Shown here piece by piece: positions 1 through 12,915 of a stretch of 64,000 nucleotides of DNA. A program made the position numbers and the translations under genes. The stretch lies in the NCBI RefSeq assembly GCF_009914755.1, contig NC_060933.1. One strand, given 5' to 3'. The notes beneath the pieces were generated by a model. It had not been told where the DNA came from. It made no database searches and saw only the letters and a program-made list of their open reading frames with translations. The DNA comes from the human T2T-CHM13v2.0 reference genome, Homo sapiens. Within the stretch, counting starts at the first letter, position 1. Each line of letters begins with the position of its first letter.

Positions 1-294
1 TGGTATCCGCTCAGCTTCTGGGGAGGTCTCAGGAAACTTACAAACATGATGGAAGGCAAAGGGGGAGTGAGCACTTCATATAGCCAGGGCAGGAAGAAAG
101 GGAGTGGGGAGGTGCTACATACTTTTAAACAACAAGATCTTGTGAGAACTCTATTATCGGAATAGCACCACGGGGCGGGGGGGCGGGTAATCTGCCCCCA
201 TGATCCAATCACTTCTCACCAGGCCCCACCTCCAACATTGGGGATTACAATTCGACATGAGATTTGGGTGGAGACACAGATCCAAACTATATCA
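1..294 (-). mobile_element. ERVL-MaLR LTR (MSTA/MSTB-like), cut by window edge
   Basis: Reverse complement begins TGATATAGTTTGGATCTGTGTCTCCACCCAAATCTCATGTCGAATTGTAATCCC, the MST LTR 5' end. Confidence 0.85.
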
Positions 295-1741
295 CTCCTT
301 TATCTTGCCATGCCTTTGTCTTCTCACTCTTCTGCAAAAAGAGCTTTGGGGTTTACTGTAGCAAATAATGGAAAACATTAAAGAAGTATTGTTAGCATAG
401 TTCTTTTGCTTTCAATTTTTACCTAAGTTATTGTCCAATTTTACATTCTGAATGGTGAACTGGGTGGCCTGGCCACACTATTTGGCTGCCTCTGGCAAAA
501 ACTTCTGCCCTCACTTCTGACCATTACATTTTCCCCCTACCGTATGTGTAGTACTCTGGATTGGTAACGTTTGATGGGAAAGAAAACAAAATCAGAAAGC
601 AACGATTCTGAGAGCAGGAATAAGGAATGTTAAGTCCCCTTTTTGACGGCTGGGCTTTTTTTCTTATGCCAAGTTTAAGTGCAAAGCAGCAGTTCCCTTG
701 TGCCCTGGGACTTTTGCCTAGGAACAAGGGACTGCCAGAAAACCTCAGAAAATCCCCATGGAGATGTCTCTGAAAACCATGTAAACAGGGACATTGTCTA
801 AGTGGGTCATCCTGAATATATGATGCAGGATGGAAACCTATTTAGTTATTGAATATTTCAGATTAAGAGGACACCGCAGCCTTGCTTTGCACAATCTTGC
901 TAGCTTTGTGAGTTTCACTGGGGATTGGAGGGGAGGCCCGCCTTCAACTTGAGCTGCTTGTGTTTTGGTTGGTGGTAATGCCTTAGAAACAGAAAGGAGC
1001 CAGCTCCCCTTCAGCCACTCAGGCTTCTGCCTGGGTTTCCTTTTAACCCTGGAATTTCATGTGGACCCTCAGCTATGAAAACAGATCACATATGGCCTGC
1101 TGTCAAGCATAAGAATTGCCTTTTTGTTCTTGGGGAATTGCACAAAGCAAGTAGGAGACGGGGAAGAAGACCGTTCTAAGCAGGAAAATATATTGCATTA
1201 ATTCTTCCCTTCCATTGCCTCCTCCCCATCTTGTGCTATATTCTGGTACTAGGACTTTTGCTTTTTTCTAGGCTGAATCACATTTGGCCATAGCAGAGGA
1301 AAAGTGATAGCTGTTAGGGGTCTTGGAAGGAGTATTGAGTTCCTAGAGTGGGACCATCTTGGCCAGGCCGCTTCTTGTCCTCTTTTGGGGCTGGGACTGG
1401 TATGATGTTGAAGTAGCCCATCTCTAAGTCTTCCCCTCCTCCCTGCCAGCTTAATTGTGCAACATTGTTCAATCAAGTCACTGAATCATCAGCCCTGTGA
1501 TATCTACAAGCGCATGCATGTGTCTGAGTGAAGTGAGCTGGGCAGTTCCATGATACCCTTTTCTATGTATGGAGGGTGAGGTGTTTCTCCTTGGTTTACC
1601 CTGACCAATTTATTATTACTGTTCCAAAAAGGAAACTGCATGATTAATGTCAGAATCAGGTCCAAAGGCCTCTGGCTCTGGTGATGGCTAATGTGATTTG
1701 GATCTAGATTCTGTTTAATAACCTGCCAAAGGCACCTAGCT

Positions 1742-2074
1742 CTTTCTCTTTTTTTGCTGTTTTTTGTTTGTTTTGATTTTTGTCTTTATAAGACAGGGTC
1801 TTGCTCTGTTGCCCAGGTTGGAGTACAGTAGCAGGTTCATATGTCACTGTAGCTTCAACCTCCTGGGCTCAAGCGATCCTTCCATCTCAGCCTCCCAAGT
1901 AGCTGGGACTACAGGAATGCACCATTATGCCTGAATTTATTTATTTATTTATTTATTAAGATGGGGGTCTTCCCATGTTTCCCAGGCTGGTCTTAAACTC
2001 CTAGGCTCAAGTGATCTTCCCACCTCAGCCTCCCAAAATGTTGGGATGACAGGCATGAGCCATCACGCCTGGCC
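1742..2074 (-). mobile_element. Alu (AluJ-like)
   Basis: Antisense Alu dimer with degenerate T-rich tail. Confidence 0.9.
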
Positions 2075-2434
2075 TTGGCTCTTTCTTCTGTCCCCTTGGT
2101 GGGGACGTTGGGGTGACCCATATGTGGTACATGGCAGGTAATGTTCTTTTCATACTAGCCAGTCTTCTGTTGTGATTCCACTGTGTGTAAGATGTGTCCA
2201 AAATGAGGAGATGCATCCCCGCACCTAGAGGTGTACAGTCTAGTGGTCTTTCTGCTCTTCCTGCTTTTTTCTGGGAAAGAGACTTTTTGTGGGGGGTTGG
2301 GGGGGGGTGAGTCCAGGACAGCAAGTTCATCATAAATGCAAATGGGAAGGCTATTGATATTTTTATTCATAGCATGAATGATGTAATAAATGAGTCACGA
2401 TGTCAGCCTCTTTTAACAGAATCACAGAATTTTC

Positions 2435-2437
2435 TTT

Positions 2438-2468
<31 letters not shown>

Positions 2469-3687
2469 TTATTTTTTTTATTGATCATTCTTGGGTGTTT
2501 CTCGCAGAGGGGGATTTGGCAGGGTCACAGGACAATAGTGGAGGGAAGGTCAGCAGATAAACAAGTGAACAAAGGTCTCTGGTTTTCCTAGGCAGAGGAC
2601 CCTGCGGCCTTCCGCAGTGTTTGTGTCCCTGGGTACTTGAGATTAGGGAGTGGTGATGACTCTTAACCAGCATGCTGCCTTCAAGCGTCTGTTTAACAAA
2701 GCACATCTTGCACCGCCCTTAATCCATTTAACCCTGAGTGGACACAGCACATGTTTCAGAGAGCACAGGGTTGGGGGTAAGGTCACAGATCAACAGGATC
2801 CCAAGGCAGAAGAATTTTTCTTAGTACAGAACAAAATGAAAAGTCTCCCATGTCTACCTCTTTCTACACAGACATGGCAACCATCCGATTTCTCAATCTT
2901 TTCCCCACCTTTCCCCCCTTTCTATTCCACAAAACTGCCATTGTCATCATGGCCCGTTCTCAATGAGCTGTTGGGTACACCTCCCAGACGGGGTGGTGGC
3001 CGGGCAGAGACGCTCCTCACATCCCGGACGGGGCGACAGGGCAGAGGCGCTCCCCACATCTCAGGCGATGGGTGGCCGGGCAGAGACGCTCCTCACTTCC
3101 TAGATGGGATGGCGGCCGGGAAGAGGCGCTCCTCACTTCCTAGATGGGATGGCGGCTGGGCAGAGATGCTCCTCACTTTCCAGACTGGGCAGCCAGGCAG
3201 AGGGGCTCCTCACATCCCAGACGATGGGCGGCCAGGCAGAGACGCTCCTCACTTCCCAGACGGGGTGGCGGCCGGGCAGAGGCTGCAATCTCGGCACTTT
3301 GGGAGGCCAAGGCAGGCTGCTGGGAGGTGGATGTTGTAGCGAGCTGAGATCATGCCACTGCACTCCAGCCTGGGCACCATTGAGCACTGAGTGAAGGAGA
3401 CTCCGTCTGCAATCCCGGCACCTCGGGAGGCCAAGGCTGGCGGATCACTCGTGGTAAGGAGCTGGAGACCAGCCCGGCCAACACAGCGAAACCCCGTCTC
3501 CACCCAAAAAATACGAAAACCAGTCAGGCGTGGCGGCGCGTGCCTGCAATCGCAGGCACTCGGCAGGCTGAGGCAGGAGAATCAGGCAGGGAGGTTGCAG
3601 TGAGCCGAGATGGCAGCAGTACAGTCCAGCTTCGGCTCGGCATCAGAGGGAGACAGTGGAAAGAGGGGAGAGGGGAGAGGGGAGAGG
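2435..3687 (-). mobile_element. SVA retrotransposon, near full length, antisense to AKAP2
   Basis: On +: T-rich tail, SINE-R (~2480-2980), short GC-rich VNTR (~2980-3285), Alu-like domain (~3285-3650), CT-rich head (GGGGAGA)n. Perfect TSD GAATCACAGAATTTTC at 2419-2434 and 3688-3703. Confidence 0.97.
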
Positions 3688-3707
3688 GAATCACAGAATT
3701 TTCAAAC

Positions 3708-3860
3708 TGGTTTAGCATGCTGGCTCTGCAGCCAGACTGCCTGAGCTCAAATGTCAGTTGACTTTTCTGTAAAATGGGATAATAATAGTACCAGTTTCAT
3801 AGATTTGCAGGAGATGTGAGATTACATGAATTCACTTATAAAAAGTGCGTGATACTTAAA
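3708..3860 (+). mobile_element. MIR fragment
   Basis: gccagactgcctg...tctgtaaaatgggataataatagtacc MIR core. Confidence 0.75.
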
Positions 3861-3919
3861 GCCATGTTACCTTTAAACTTCCAATCCATTCATTCATTTA
3901 TTCAACAAAAACTACATAC

Positions 3920-4033
3920 TGTGATGGTTGCACAAGCCTGTGAAAATACTGAAAACTAATGTATTGTATACTTTAAAAGGGTGAATTCAATGGTATGTAA
4001 ATTAAGTATATCTCAATGAAGCTGTTTTAAAAA
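3920..4033 (+). mobile_element. L1M (L1MB-like) 3' end, apparently interrupting an antisense L2 end
   Basis: gtgatggttgcacaa...ctttaaaagggtgaatt...tatctcaatgaagctg; flanked by cattcattcatttattcaacaaa and ttgattacctattatgtgctggacac. Confidence 0.7.
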
Positions 4034-5496
4034 AATTAATTGATTACCTATTATGTGCTGGACACAGCTCTTTTAAACTGAGGCCTAGAGCAGGTGACTT
4101 GCTCAAGGTGAGTGAATGGCAGAGATAGTTCTAGAACTCAAGTCCTCTGACACATCAGCCAAGCTCTTTGCAAACTGTCAGGGATCCAAATGAAGATCGC
4201 AATCCAGATTGGAAACTAAAGTCACTTTCTGTCCTGGTATAGAACCAAAGTTTAACTTAAGAAAGAATCGTGACGTGACCTAAGGACCTTGGCATTCTAC
4301 TTCACCACCTCTCTCTGCAGGTATTCTCATTTCCACGCACCTCCACATTTTCGAAGACTTCAGACAAATATATCACAAATAACCTATATAAATTCACTAT
4401 ATGAAAAGCAGGCCAACATTTCCACCCCATCCTTCCTCTTTCCCCCAGCTCTGGATATAAAACACATATTTTTCAGTTAGATTTTTTCAGTTAAGTGATT
4501 ACTTTCAATTCCCCTGTTTTTGGCATTTAAAAATGTTCACTTCTTATTGCAAGACAGGGACAGTCTTTAAAGATTTTTCTGCTCACCACCACTACCAAAA
4601 ACTAATAACAAATTTTGTCTTCATGGGGAAGAAAATCTTACTCATTCTTGAGATTTCACAGCCATGTCTAAAGATCTAGGCTATATAAGAAGAGAGGAAT
4701 GCCTTAGAAATGTAATGCTGTTTTTCCTACGGAATCAATTTCTGTAGAAATAGAAACCATGGTGCATCCAGAGTTACCCTGCAGCCTTCTGCTCCTGGCA
4801 GCTTGCTGTGTGTTCTCTGCCACATGCTTTCTTCTGGGATTTCTTCCTTCTACTGACATCTGGTACTTAGGATAAGGGAAAAGGCTTTCCCTGAACCAGT
4901 GAAATTGCTATCAGGAAAAAATGACTCAAGTTTCCAGGCAGCTATGAATGAGGTGTTTTTCTGGGCGGTCTGAGCAACTATCTTTTGGAAGGATACATAA
5001 GAAGGTACAAGCTGCCAGCCCATCCATTTCCCTAAGATGAACTTGAAGCACGTTTTCTTTCAGCAGCCCAGACAGCACAGGCTTTTCCTAGCAGATGGGT
5101 GGCATTACCTCACTGACATTTAATGAATAGGTTGCCCCCAGGGGGTGGAATTGTAGCAAAGTCTATTATGAAATCTCATTTGCTTTGCATGAATCAGTTT
5201 AGGAGTCCCGAGAAAACAAAATTTGAAAAATGAAAAGTGGCCACATAGCTTGCCCTGTAACTGCTTGGACATGGCAGGTAATAATCATAGTCAGTTTGCG
5301 CTTTTATGATGGAGAGGGCTTTCAATTGATTTGTATTTCTTGTGAGTAGGAACAAAGCCAGTTGTAAGTACCTTTTAGCTTTGTTCCCTCCTTTCTCATT
5401 TTCTAGGACTGTAGCATCTGGGGCATATAATTGAGCTCTGAGAGCCGAGAGCTGGAGGGGGAGGGGGTGGTCAGAGGAAAATTATTCAATTCACAC

Positions 5497-5551
5497 ATAT
5501 AACATGCATATATATATGTGTGTGTGTGTCTTAAACATATATGCATATGTA

Positions 5552-5591
<40 letters not shown>
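5497..5591. repeat. Compound (TA)n/(TG)n microsatellite
   Basis: Direct reading. Confidence 0.9.
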
Positions 5592-5594
<3 letters not shown>

Positions 5595-6933
5595 ACATAA
5601 ATATTTTATCAAGTTGAGAATGGGAGAATAGATTTCTTTCAGCAAACAACCTCAAGCCTATTATACATCTGATTTATGAAGGGTAAGAAATTCAACCTTA
5701 ACCCAAGCAAAGGTTTAAAAAGGCAGCATGGGTATTATTGGGCTTAGGAAAAGGTGAAGGCTGCCTTGCTGCCGTCCTGGAAGATTGAGACAGTGGTAAC
5801 AACACGTGCAGCAACCCCCTGCACTTCTAGAAGGAAGCTGATATCTGTCTACATGTTTCAGCGTTTGTCTCTGAACCTAGTCTTTTCTTGGTCACATAGG
5901 GGAAGCAACAGAGGTGGCTTATCATAGCAATGCAAAAGCCTTTAATGAAAAATGGGCTCAGGTTTTGGTTCCTATAAGATGGTGATTCCCTTCCCCCACA
6001 AAGGCCTTTGTGTACATGGGGTGAGGTAGGGGTCTGAGAAAGGCCACTGGAAATGGAAGGCTTAACGGCCAGTCCTCTGCTATGTCCCAGATGGAAAGCT
6101 CCTTGTATCTAAGAAAGGCAGGAAACCATGTCACCTGGCTTCTGATATGTAACAACCCCAAATTATTCTCCGACCCCTTGAAGGCCAGCTGGGCTCTTTT
6201 GCATCAGGGGGATTGTGTTTAGAATTTGTGTCAACTGTCTTTGTAGAGATCCTTCTGGATAACTACTACAATTCCTGGGATATTCTTACAGTGGGCACAT
6301 GACAAAGACATGTGACATTGGCCCAAACCCCCCTCAACTTGGAAAAGGGGTGGATTCCCCCAGCTGACTTGAAGATTCTGGTCTGTGGATTCAGCAAGAG
6401 TCTGAGGCCTCTGCTGAGTGAGCCAAGGGTGGCTTCCGGGGAGGTGAGTGCCTGGAGGAGAATGTTCCCAGAGCCAAGATGGGATGCCTCCTGGTATCAA
6501 AGTGATGTTCAGATTTTTTCTGGAAATCTAGAATAGGATAAATGTGAATAGAGATTAGAGTGAACATCTTCTAGGATTTGAAGCCCTTGAGAGCTTCTAG
6601 GATTTGAAGCTCTTGGTCTTGAGACCAAGCCTCTGCAATGCATCTGGGGTCCGTTGCACAAGTGTGTGTCTTTTTACCAGGTCTTATCCCCGCTTCAGCC
6701 TTTTCTCTCCTGTTAGGGATCAAAACTTGCCAAAACAGAAATTTTAAAAAGACACGCAGGATGTGGGGCTGCTCCTGGGAGGTTTGCTGTGTGTGTTTGG
6801 GGTCCTGCACCCTCCACTCCACTCCTGAGTGTCCAAGGGTGGATGTCCAGAAATTTAGCCACCTACTCCCATCAGTGTAGCCAGAACCTTTGCTGGGAGT
6901 TAATCTCTCTCCCTCATTACTTTCTGATCTGCT

Positions 6934-7127
6934 TGAAAGACAAATAGAGGTTAGGGAAATATATTAATATCAGTAAGTCTCCATGGATGGCCCAGGTCAA
7001 GGCAGACAAAGGTAGTCACACGCTTTCAGGGGCTGAAAGACAAGTAGAGGTTAGGGAAATGTATCAGCGCATCTCCATGGATAACCCAGGCCAAGGCAGA
7101 CAAAGAAAGCCACGTGCTTTCAGGTGC
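6934..7127. repeat. Diverged ~100-bp tandem duplication
   Basis: tgaaagacaa(a/g)tagaggttagggaaat...ctccatggat...caaggcagacaaag...gctttcagg at 6934 and 7034. Confidence 0.9.
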
Positions 7128-7479
7128 AAACAGCGGCCGCCTTTTTTCACTGGACATCATTGGGCAGCTGTTGCTGTCATTTCCCACGGCCTCTCTGGAG
7201 GGGAAACACAGCTGGCTTCTGTGGGCCAGCCTGAAACCATCTGCAGCTGCTTGCATGCTTTCAAATGTAAGTAAGGGAATTTCAGCTGAGGTTAATCTGG
7301 GAAATCCTCTGTATGAAACATTTTCCTTTTCACTGTTCCCTTTCCTTTTGGATATAACATATGACCCACTTACGAGGCAGCCTGTTGGATCACTGGTCCC
7401 CAAGGAGCTGTGGATGTCTTCCCAGATTACTCCTGCCACCACCAATGCGTCTACCACCATGAGAGCTGCTGCTGATGGG

Positions 7480-7640
7480 CACTGCACTGTGCATGTTGCA
7501 TATGTGATCTCATTTAGCACTGTGACACTCCAAGGACCACACTCTTGTCTCATTTTCGGATAAGGAAGCTGAGGCTCCAAGAGGTCCAGCAGCTTGTCTT
7601 AACAGTGAACAGGTGCAAAACCAAGATTTGAAACCAGTTT
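7480..7640 (-). mobile_element. MIR fragment
   Basis: cattttcggataaggaagctgaggctccaagagg antisense MIR core. Confidence 0.6.
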
Positions 7641-8229
7641 TTGATCTTGGTTTGATCTTGATGCCACATCCCAGCCTCTTTCTACCTCTGTAGGACGGCT
7701 TTGTGTCTCCTCTGCATTTTCAGCCTCCATTGCTAATCTGACACCATCTAAAGCAGGAATATCCTTATTAATGGAATAGTGCTTAATGGGATTAGGCTTA
7801 CTTCTGTATTCTAGACAATATTTACTGAGCTGTTAGATGTAATGTGTTCAGAAATAATACAGGGATTTATGAATATGTATTAAATATTAGAGTATAAACT
7901 TTATCAAGCAGAGAATATATTTGTCCTCCAGTGTTGTTGACCTTGTATGTTTTTTGTTTGTGTTACCTCCAGAGCTGGATTTTGAAAGATTAAGCCAAGA
8001 AAAAAAGATGAGACATTCAAAAGTAAATAAATTAGTTTAGGCCTGGCTTTTCTGGGGCCATGGAGTTGTTATCCCAAAGTCCTTGCTTGGACCTCTCCTC
8101 CTCTCCACTCCTCCCCTCCCCTCCCCTCCCCATTGGGCACTGCCAGGGCCCAGTACAAGTGAAACAGATGCTCAACTCCTAGACTTGTGGAGGCTTAGGT
8201 AGACCAGCAAGTCACTATTAGGACAGAAA

Positions 8230-8840
8230 AACAAGACCACGTCATTCCCCAGCCCAATCCCTTATGCTTTCTTTCAATGACACTTAAAATTTAAGACCCA
8301 AACCTACATGATCTGGCCCCATCTGCCTTTTCAGACACTTCTTCCTCCTCGAGCCCCTTACCCCATCCTAGCCACCGAAGCCAGTGATGCCACATCCCAG
8401 CCTCTTTCTGCCTCTGCAGGACAGTTTTGTGTGTGCTCTGCATTTTCAGCTTCAATTGCTAATTGTCCTCTCTTGTCCTCACTTCTTTCACTCCCATCTC
8501 AGGGTTTCTGCATGCTGGTTCTCCTGCCTGGAACAGCCTTCTACCCACCCTTTGTGACTTAGTTCACTTCCCAGATTTCAGAGGGCAGCTCAGCTTTCCC
8601 TTCCTCATGGAAACCTCCCCTGACCTCCCTGAGTAGCCCAAACTCTCCTATTGTAGGCACTCTCAGAGCGCTTCTCATAGATGCAATTTTACGTTTGTTT
8701 GTAATTCTGTTTTGTTTTTTCACAACAATAAATTTTGAGAGGGCAGCTCTATGCCTAGTCTCCACCCTGTGTCCCCGATGCCCAGCACAGTGCCTGAAGC
8801 ACAGTAGGTATTCAGTTGCCTTGGTGAATGAATGAATAAA
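8230..8840 (+). mobile_element. L2 3' fragment, interrupted at 8385-8463
   Basis: catgatctggcccc..., tgcctggaac..., cagcacagtgcctg...gtaggtattcag...gaatgaatgaat L2 terminus. Confidence 0.75.
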
Positions 8841-11800
8841 GCCAAGCCAAGCACAGTACTCAGATCTCAAGCTCATAGTCACTGCATAGCTTGTGCTAAC
8901 CTTGCAGCAAGTGAGACACTAAGCAAGTGAACAGCTTACATTTCTTAGTGGTGGTGTTAAATTTACAAGGAGAGCATGTCACCTCTCACTTCAAGTTTCC
9001 ACACTTTTAGGCCATTCTTAGTGTTAATAGCCTGTGGAGGACTCTTTGAGGAGAGAAGAGGGGAATTCCAAAGATTCAGCTTGATAAATCCTTCATCTTT
9101 GACCTCATGTGTATTCTACTTAGGAATTAAAACGTAGAGTATGGCTGCTGCTACAAATCTTCTTTGCAGTTTTTCCTCTGGCTGATTTTTCTACTTTACC
9201 TGGAATTTTTATCCTGAATTTTTGTCCTTTTTTGAATCCATGTGGCACACATACATTGCCCTACCAGGTTTATTTGTGTTTGAGATTTGAGATGCTATCT
9301 GAGGCCAAGACCTCCAGAATTAGATGGGCCTTTGTTCCCAGAGCCTCTTTGAACAGAGAGAAATTCTTTGCTATGTTGGCAAAAGATCCTTCATATCTAT
9401 CTGTCTTTCTTTCTTGTTCAGACTTCTCTTTTGGCCACGTGAACGTGGATCCACCTGCCCCGTCTTCTGGCCTATGCTGTGATCCCTGGAACATTTCAGG
9501 TTTGAGTGTCAGCCACATCTTCTTTAGGACCAGTCAAGGGTTTGCCTCCAGGAACAGTGGAATCTATTGAGTGCCCCCCAGGGAGTTCCCCATATGCTGG
9601 TTTGTTTGTCACTTGGCCACACAGTTCTACTTTTTCCTCTTTGTCTGCAACTGAACAGCCTAGGAAACTTACAAGATTTCTGCTTTTTTTGGGGGGGGCG
9701 GGGGGGTAAGGTATCGTATTTTGAGTTCAATCTGGTCGCAAACTGGATTCTGTCCAGATTTTTGTTGGGATTTCAGATGTTTAGCCCCAAACAAATTGAA
9801 AGTTAAATTGAAACTGGTCCAGATGAGGTCATGCTTAAGATTTCTCCCACAGCACAAATCGTACCTTACTGGAAGCTACTGTAAGGGCAGTTCTTGAATC
9901 TCTGCATTCCCAATACATACTCATGGTAAAAACAGTTAACAGTTAATTCGCTTGTGTTCCAGTGACTTGAAAAATAAGCATTAGCACCCTGGAGACCTCG
10001 TCTTATCAAGTTCTGAAGGATGGTTTTTATAGCTAGTATAAACCCTTAGTTTATCAGCTTCACTGGCCTAGAAACCCCTCAGACCTGAATATTTGGGATC
10101 AGCAGAATGGGCCAAGCTTAGGAATTCCAAGAAGGCAGACTCAAGATAGAGGGCTGCCAAAGCTCACAGATGTGGAATGAAACCAGTTTCAAAACCTGAT
10201 TCTTCGCTCAGTTGGAATGTGTTTTAAAACCTGGACTCACTTGAGATGTTTGCACCTGGTAAGAATGTTTCAAACCTTGAATTCTACTTTGTGTAATTAT
10301 CTGTGAAACGTAATGATGATAGCTCCAAGCTATCTCATAAAGCTGCTGAAGTCTTCAAAGCATTCATTCTATCTTCCTGGAGTTACAGAAACACAAAATG
10401 GTAACAGGTGTGTCATATGCATCCAGAGACTACCTCGAACTTTTCTCTCTAGAACTCAAGCTCCAGACTTGAGATATTAGTTAATAGATTGATAAATTGA
10501 CTCAGGTTAAGTGGTATTATTTCTTAGATTATATAGTGTCATCCTACAGAGTAACCCCATTTTACAGGAGAAACAAAGTTGGCCAGAGGACGAGGCTAGA
10601 ACCCCTTTCTAGACTGTTAATTCAGGCAGAGCTCTGTATATGTTTTAATGGTTAGTTTTCTAAAGAGTTTTACCTAGAGGCCAAATAAATCAGAAGCTCA
10701 AACGCATATGTTCTCTGTCTTCTTTTTAGACTGGCTTGCAAGAAAGCCCTTGGGTTACTTTTTGCCAGAAAAGAGCATGCAGAGTGAACTTGTGACATAA
10801 TACATTCCTTGAAGCTCCCACGTTATAGTTTCCTGGTAACATAGAGTTGTTTATATTATTGCTACTTAAAACTTGGTTGCTTTGTAGATCCTACTTGGGA
10901 ATTGAATTAACTTCAGTGAACTTGATAGAAGCTGCATCTTTCTGTAAAGTTTTGGGCAGGTTTTGTCACTGACATTAGGTGGTGATGATTTTAAAGGACT
11001 CCCATTACTTATCCAACATGTGCACGCATACTGTATATGTGTCATTAGAAATAATTAGGAGTTAATTTTCAATAAGGTCCATTTGGTGGCTACAAATTAA
11101 TCCATTTAAAACCCCTGATATTTGACCCTATTAATTATATCCTGCTGTTCATTGGTGCTTAACCCACAGAGCTAATGAGATGCCTAAGTACCACTATTTT
11201 TCATTGCTCTTTACTGTAGGGAAGTAGGTCTCTCTTTTTCTTTTTAATGTGAGTGGACATAAAATTTATCAGCAGGCATATCCACAGAAAACTGACTTTA
11301 TTACAAGTATCCTTTTAGACTTGCAAGCTCCCTCAGCTAGTTAATTTTGCGTTTAAGTCTATGTGATTTTCATTCTAATGTCTTTTGGAATTAAATGTAA
11401 TGTTGTAAGAAAAGAAGCGTCTGACCAATAAAGCAAGGCAGTCTAGGCTGTTTTATATATATATACGCACTTTATCCTGTCTAATGTAGTGCTCCTATTT
11501 TCTTTTTCATATTCTTTCTGTTAGAGCCAAATTCACTACTCTGACTTTGCGTAATATAAATACAGATATCCTTACTCATTAAGAGGCTGTGTTGTTTTAG
11601 AAATTAGTAAGTGGCTACATCTGCATAATTTTGCATTGGTGAGAGTTGGCTTCTTTAGCGAACATGATTTTGTATTTTTGGAGAGGAAAACCTTGGGCCC
11701 ATCAGGTTAGCCTTTTCTGAGATGGAGACTCAAGTGGGACCACCCAGGATGGTCACAGCTTCAACTCCCACACAATGAGAACTTGTGACTATAGCCTGGG

Positions 11801-12675
11801 AGAGCTGACTATGCAGGAGACAAGAAATCAGAGAGTTGGGTCCAGAGGTAGCTGGCAGAAAGAAGATTCTATTAATATTTTAACCTCAGAAGAGCAGCGT
11901 CTAAATATGTGAAATGAGTGCTGGCCTAGAGGGGAAGGGCCATACTCTTAACCACCTCAAGCTGGTCTTATCATTGTTGCTGGGGGGGATGTGTAAGGCT
12001 ACAACCTTCCCTTTTAGGTAGAGGGAAGAGAGGACTCCCTTGTGGGTGTGCACAAAGGAGTATGATGAGAAGAGGGTGGTGATGGGTGCTTAGCTTGATG
12101 CTTACATTGTCCCAGTGCAGCTCCATGATTGCAGGTACCTTGAGAGGACCCATGTGCAGTAAGGTGGGAGGTTAGGAAAAGCAGAGAATGCCAGCCAGCC
12201 ATGAGTGGATTTGAGAGGTCTGAAGGACAAAGGCAATGTTGCTTTGTATGGGTGCACAAGGGGATATGTGCATTTAAATCCGTCAACAGTCCAGAAATTG
12301 GATTGCCATTTCAGTTCCCAAACAAATGGCTTGTTTATTAAACTAAAAGCCCCTATCTCCATTAGGAAATATTCAATTCCAGCAATTAGCCCCAGGGTGA
12401 AAGAGGTCTCCCTCTCTCCAGTCTGTTTTTGCTCTGTTCCCAAACAATGCTTTGATGTGCAAGGCACTCCTAATGGAAGATAAGTCATCAATTAGCCCGA
12501 TGGAAGGTTAAGCTGAAAACAGACTTTTCAGGGAAGGGATTATCACTGAGCTGTTAATCACTGATTGACATTATCTATTGGGGATATATTCTTATGGGAG
12601 ACTTACTCTCCACCCAGGCAGAAGGTAACAAAGATGCAAAAATATTCTAGTTGTTTGGTTTTTTTAAAAAATGAG

Positions 12676-12915
12676 TTTTAGTGTCCTATAGCACCATAGA
12701 ATAACTGTAGTTAACAATAATATACAGTTTCAAATAGCTGGAAGATGGGCACTGAATGTTCCCCACACAAAGAAATGGCAAATGTTCAAGATGATGAATA
12801 TGTTAATTGCCCTGATCTGATCAGTATGCATTGTATGTACGGAAACATCACTATGTACCCCATAAATATGTACAAGTAATATATAATAAGTAAATTTTAG
12901 AAATAAGAGAAAAGA
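12676..12915 (+). mobile_element. L1MA-type 3' end
   Basis: cacaaagaaatggcaaatgtt...catcactatgtaccccataaatatgtacaa plus A-rich tail; imperfect TSD aaaaaatg(tg)agttt. Confidence 0.8.

Noticed and set aside
2980-3285. Repeated ~40-bp units resembling a CRISPR-like array
   Set aside because: SVA VNTR; no unique spacers, eukaryotic context.
2650-3761. 229-aa and overlapping ORFs
   Set aside because: All lie in the SVA (SINE-R/VNTR/Alu-like domains); typical spurious GC-rich frames.
7026-7580. 184-aa (-) and 149-aa (+) overlapping ORFs
   Set aside because: No recognisable domain; they span the tandem duplication and a MIR; no convincing exon structure.
9690-9707. G-runs (also 171-188 and 2291-2308) as functional G-quadruplexes
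   Set aside because: Short mononucleotide runs with no supporting context.
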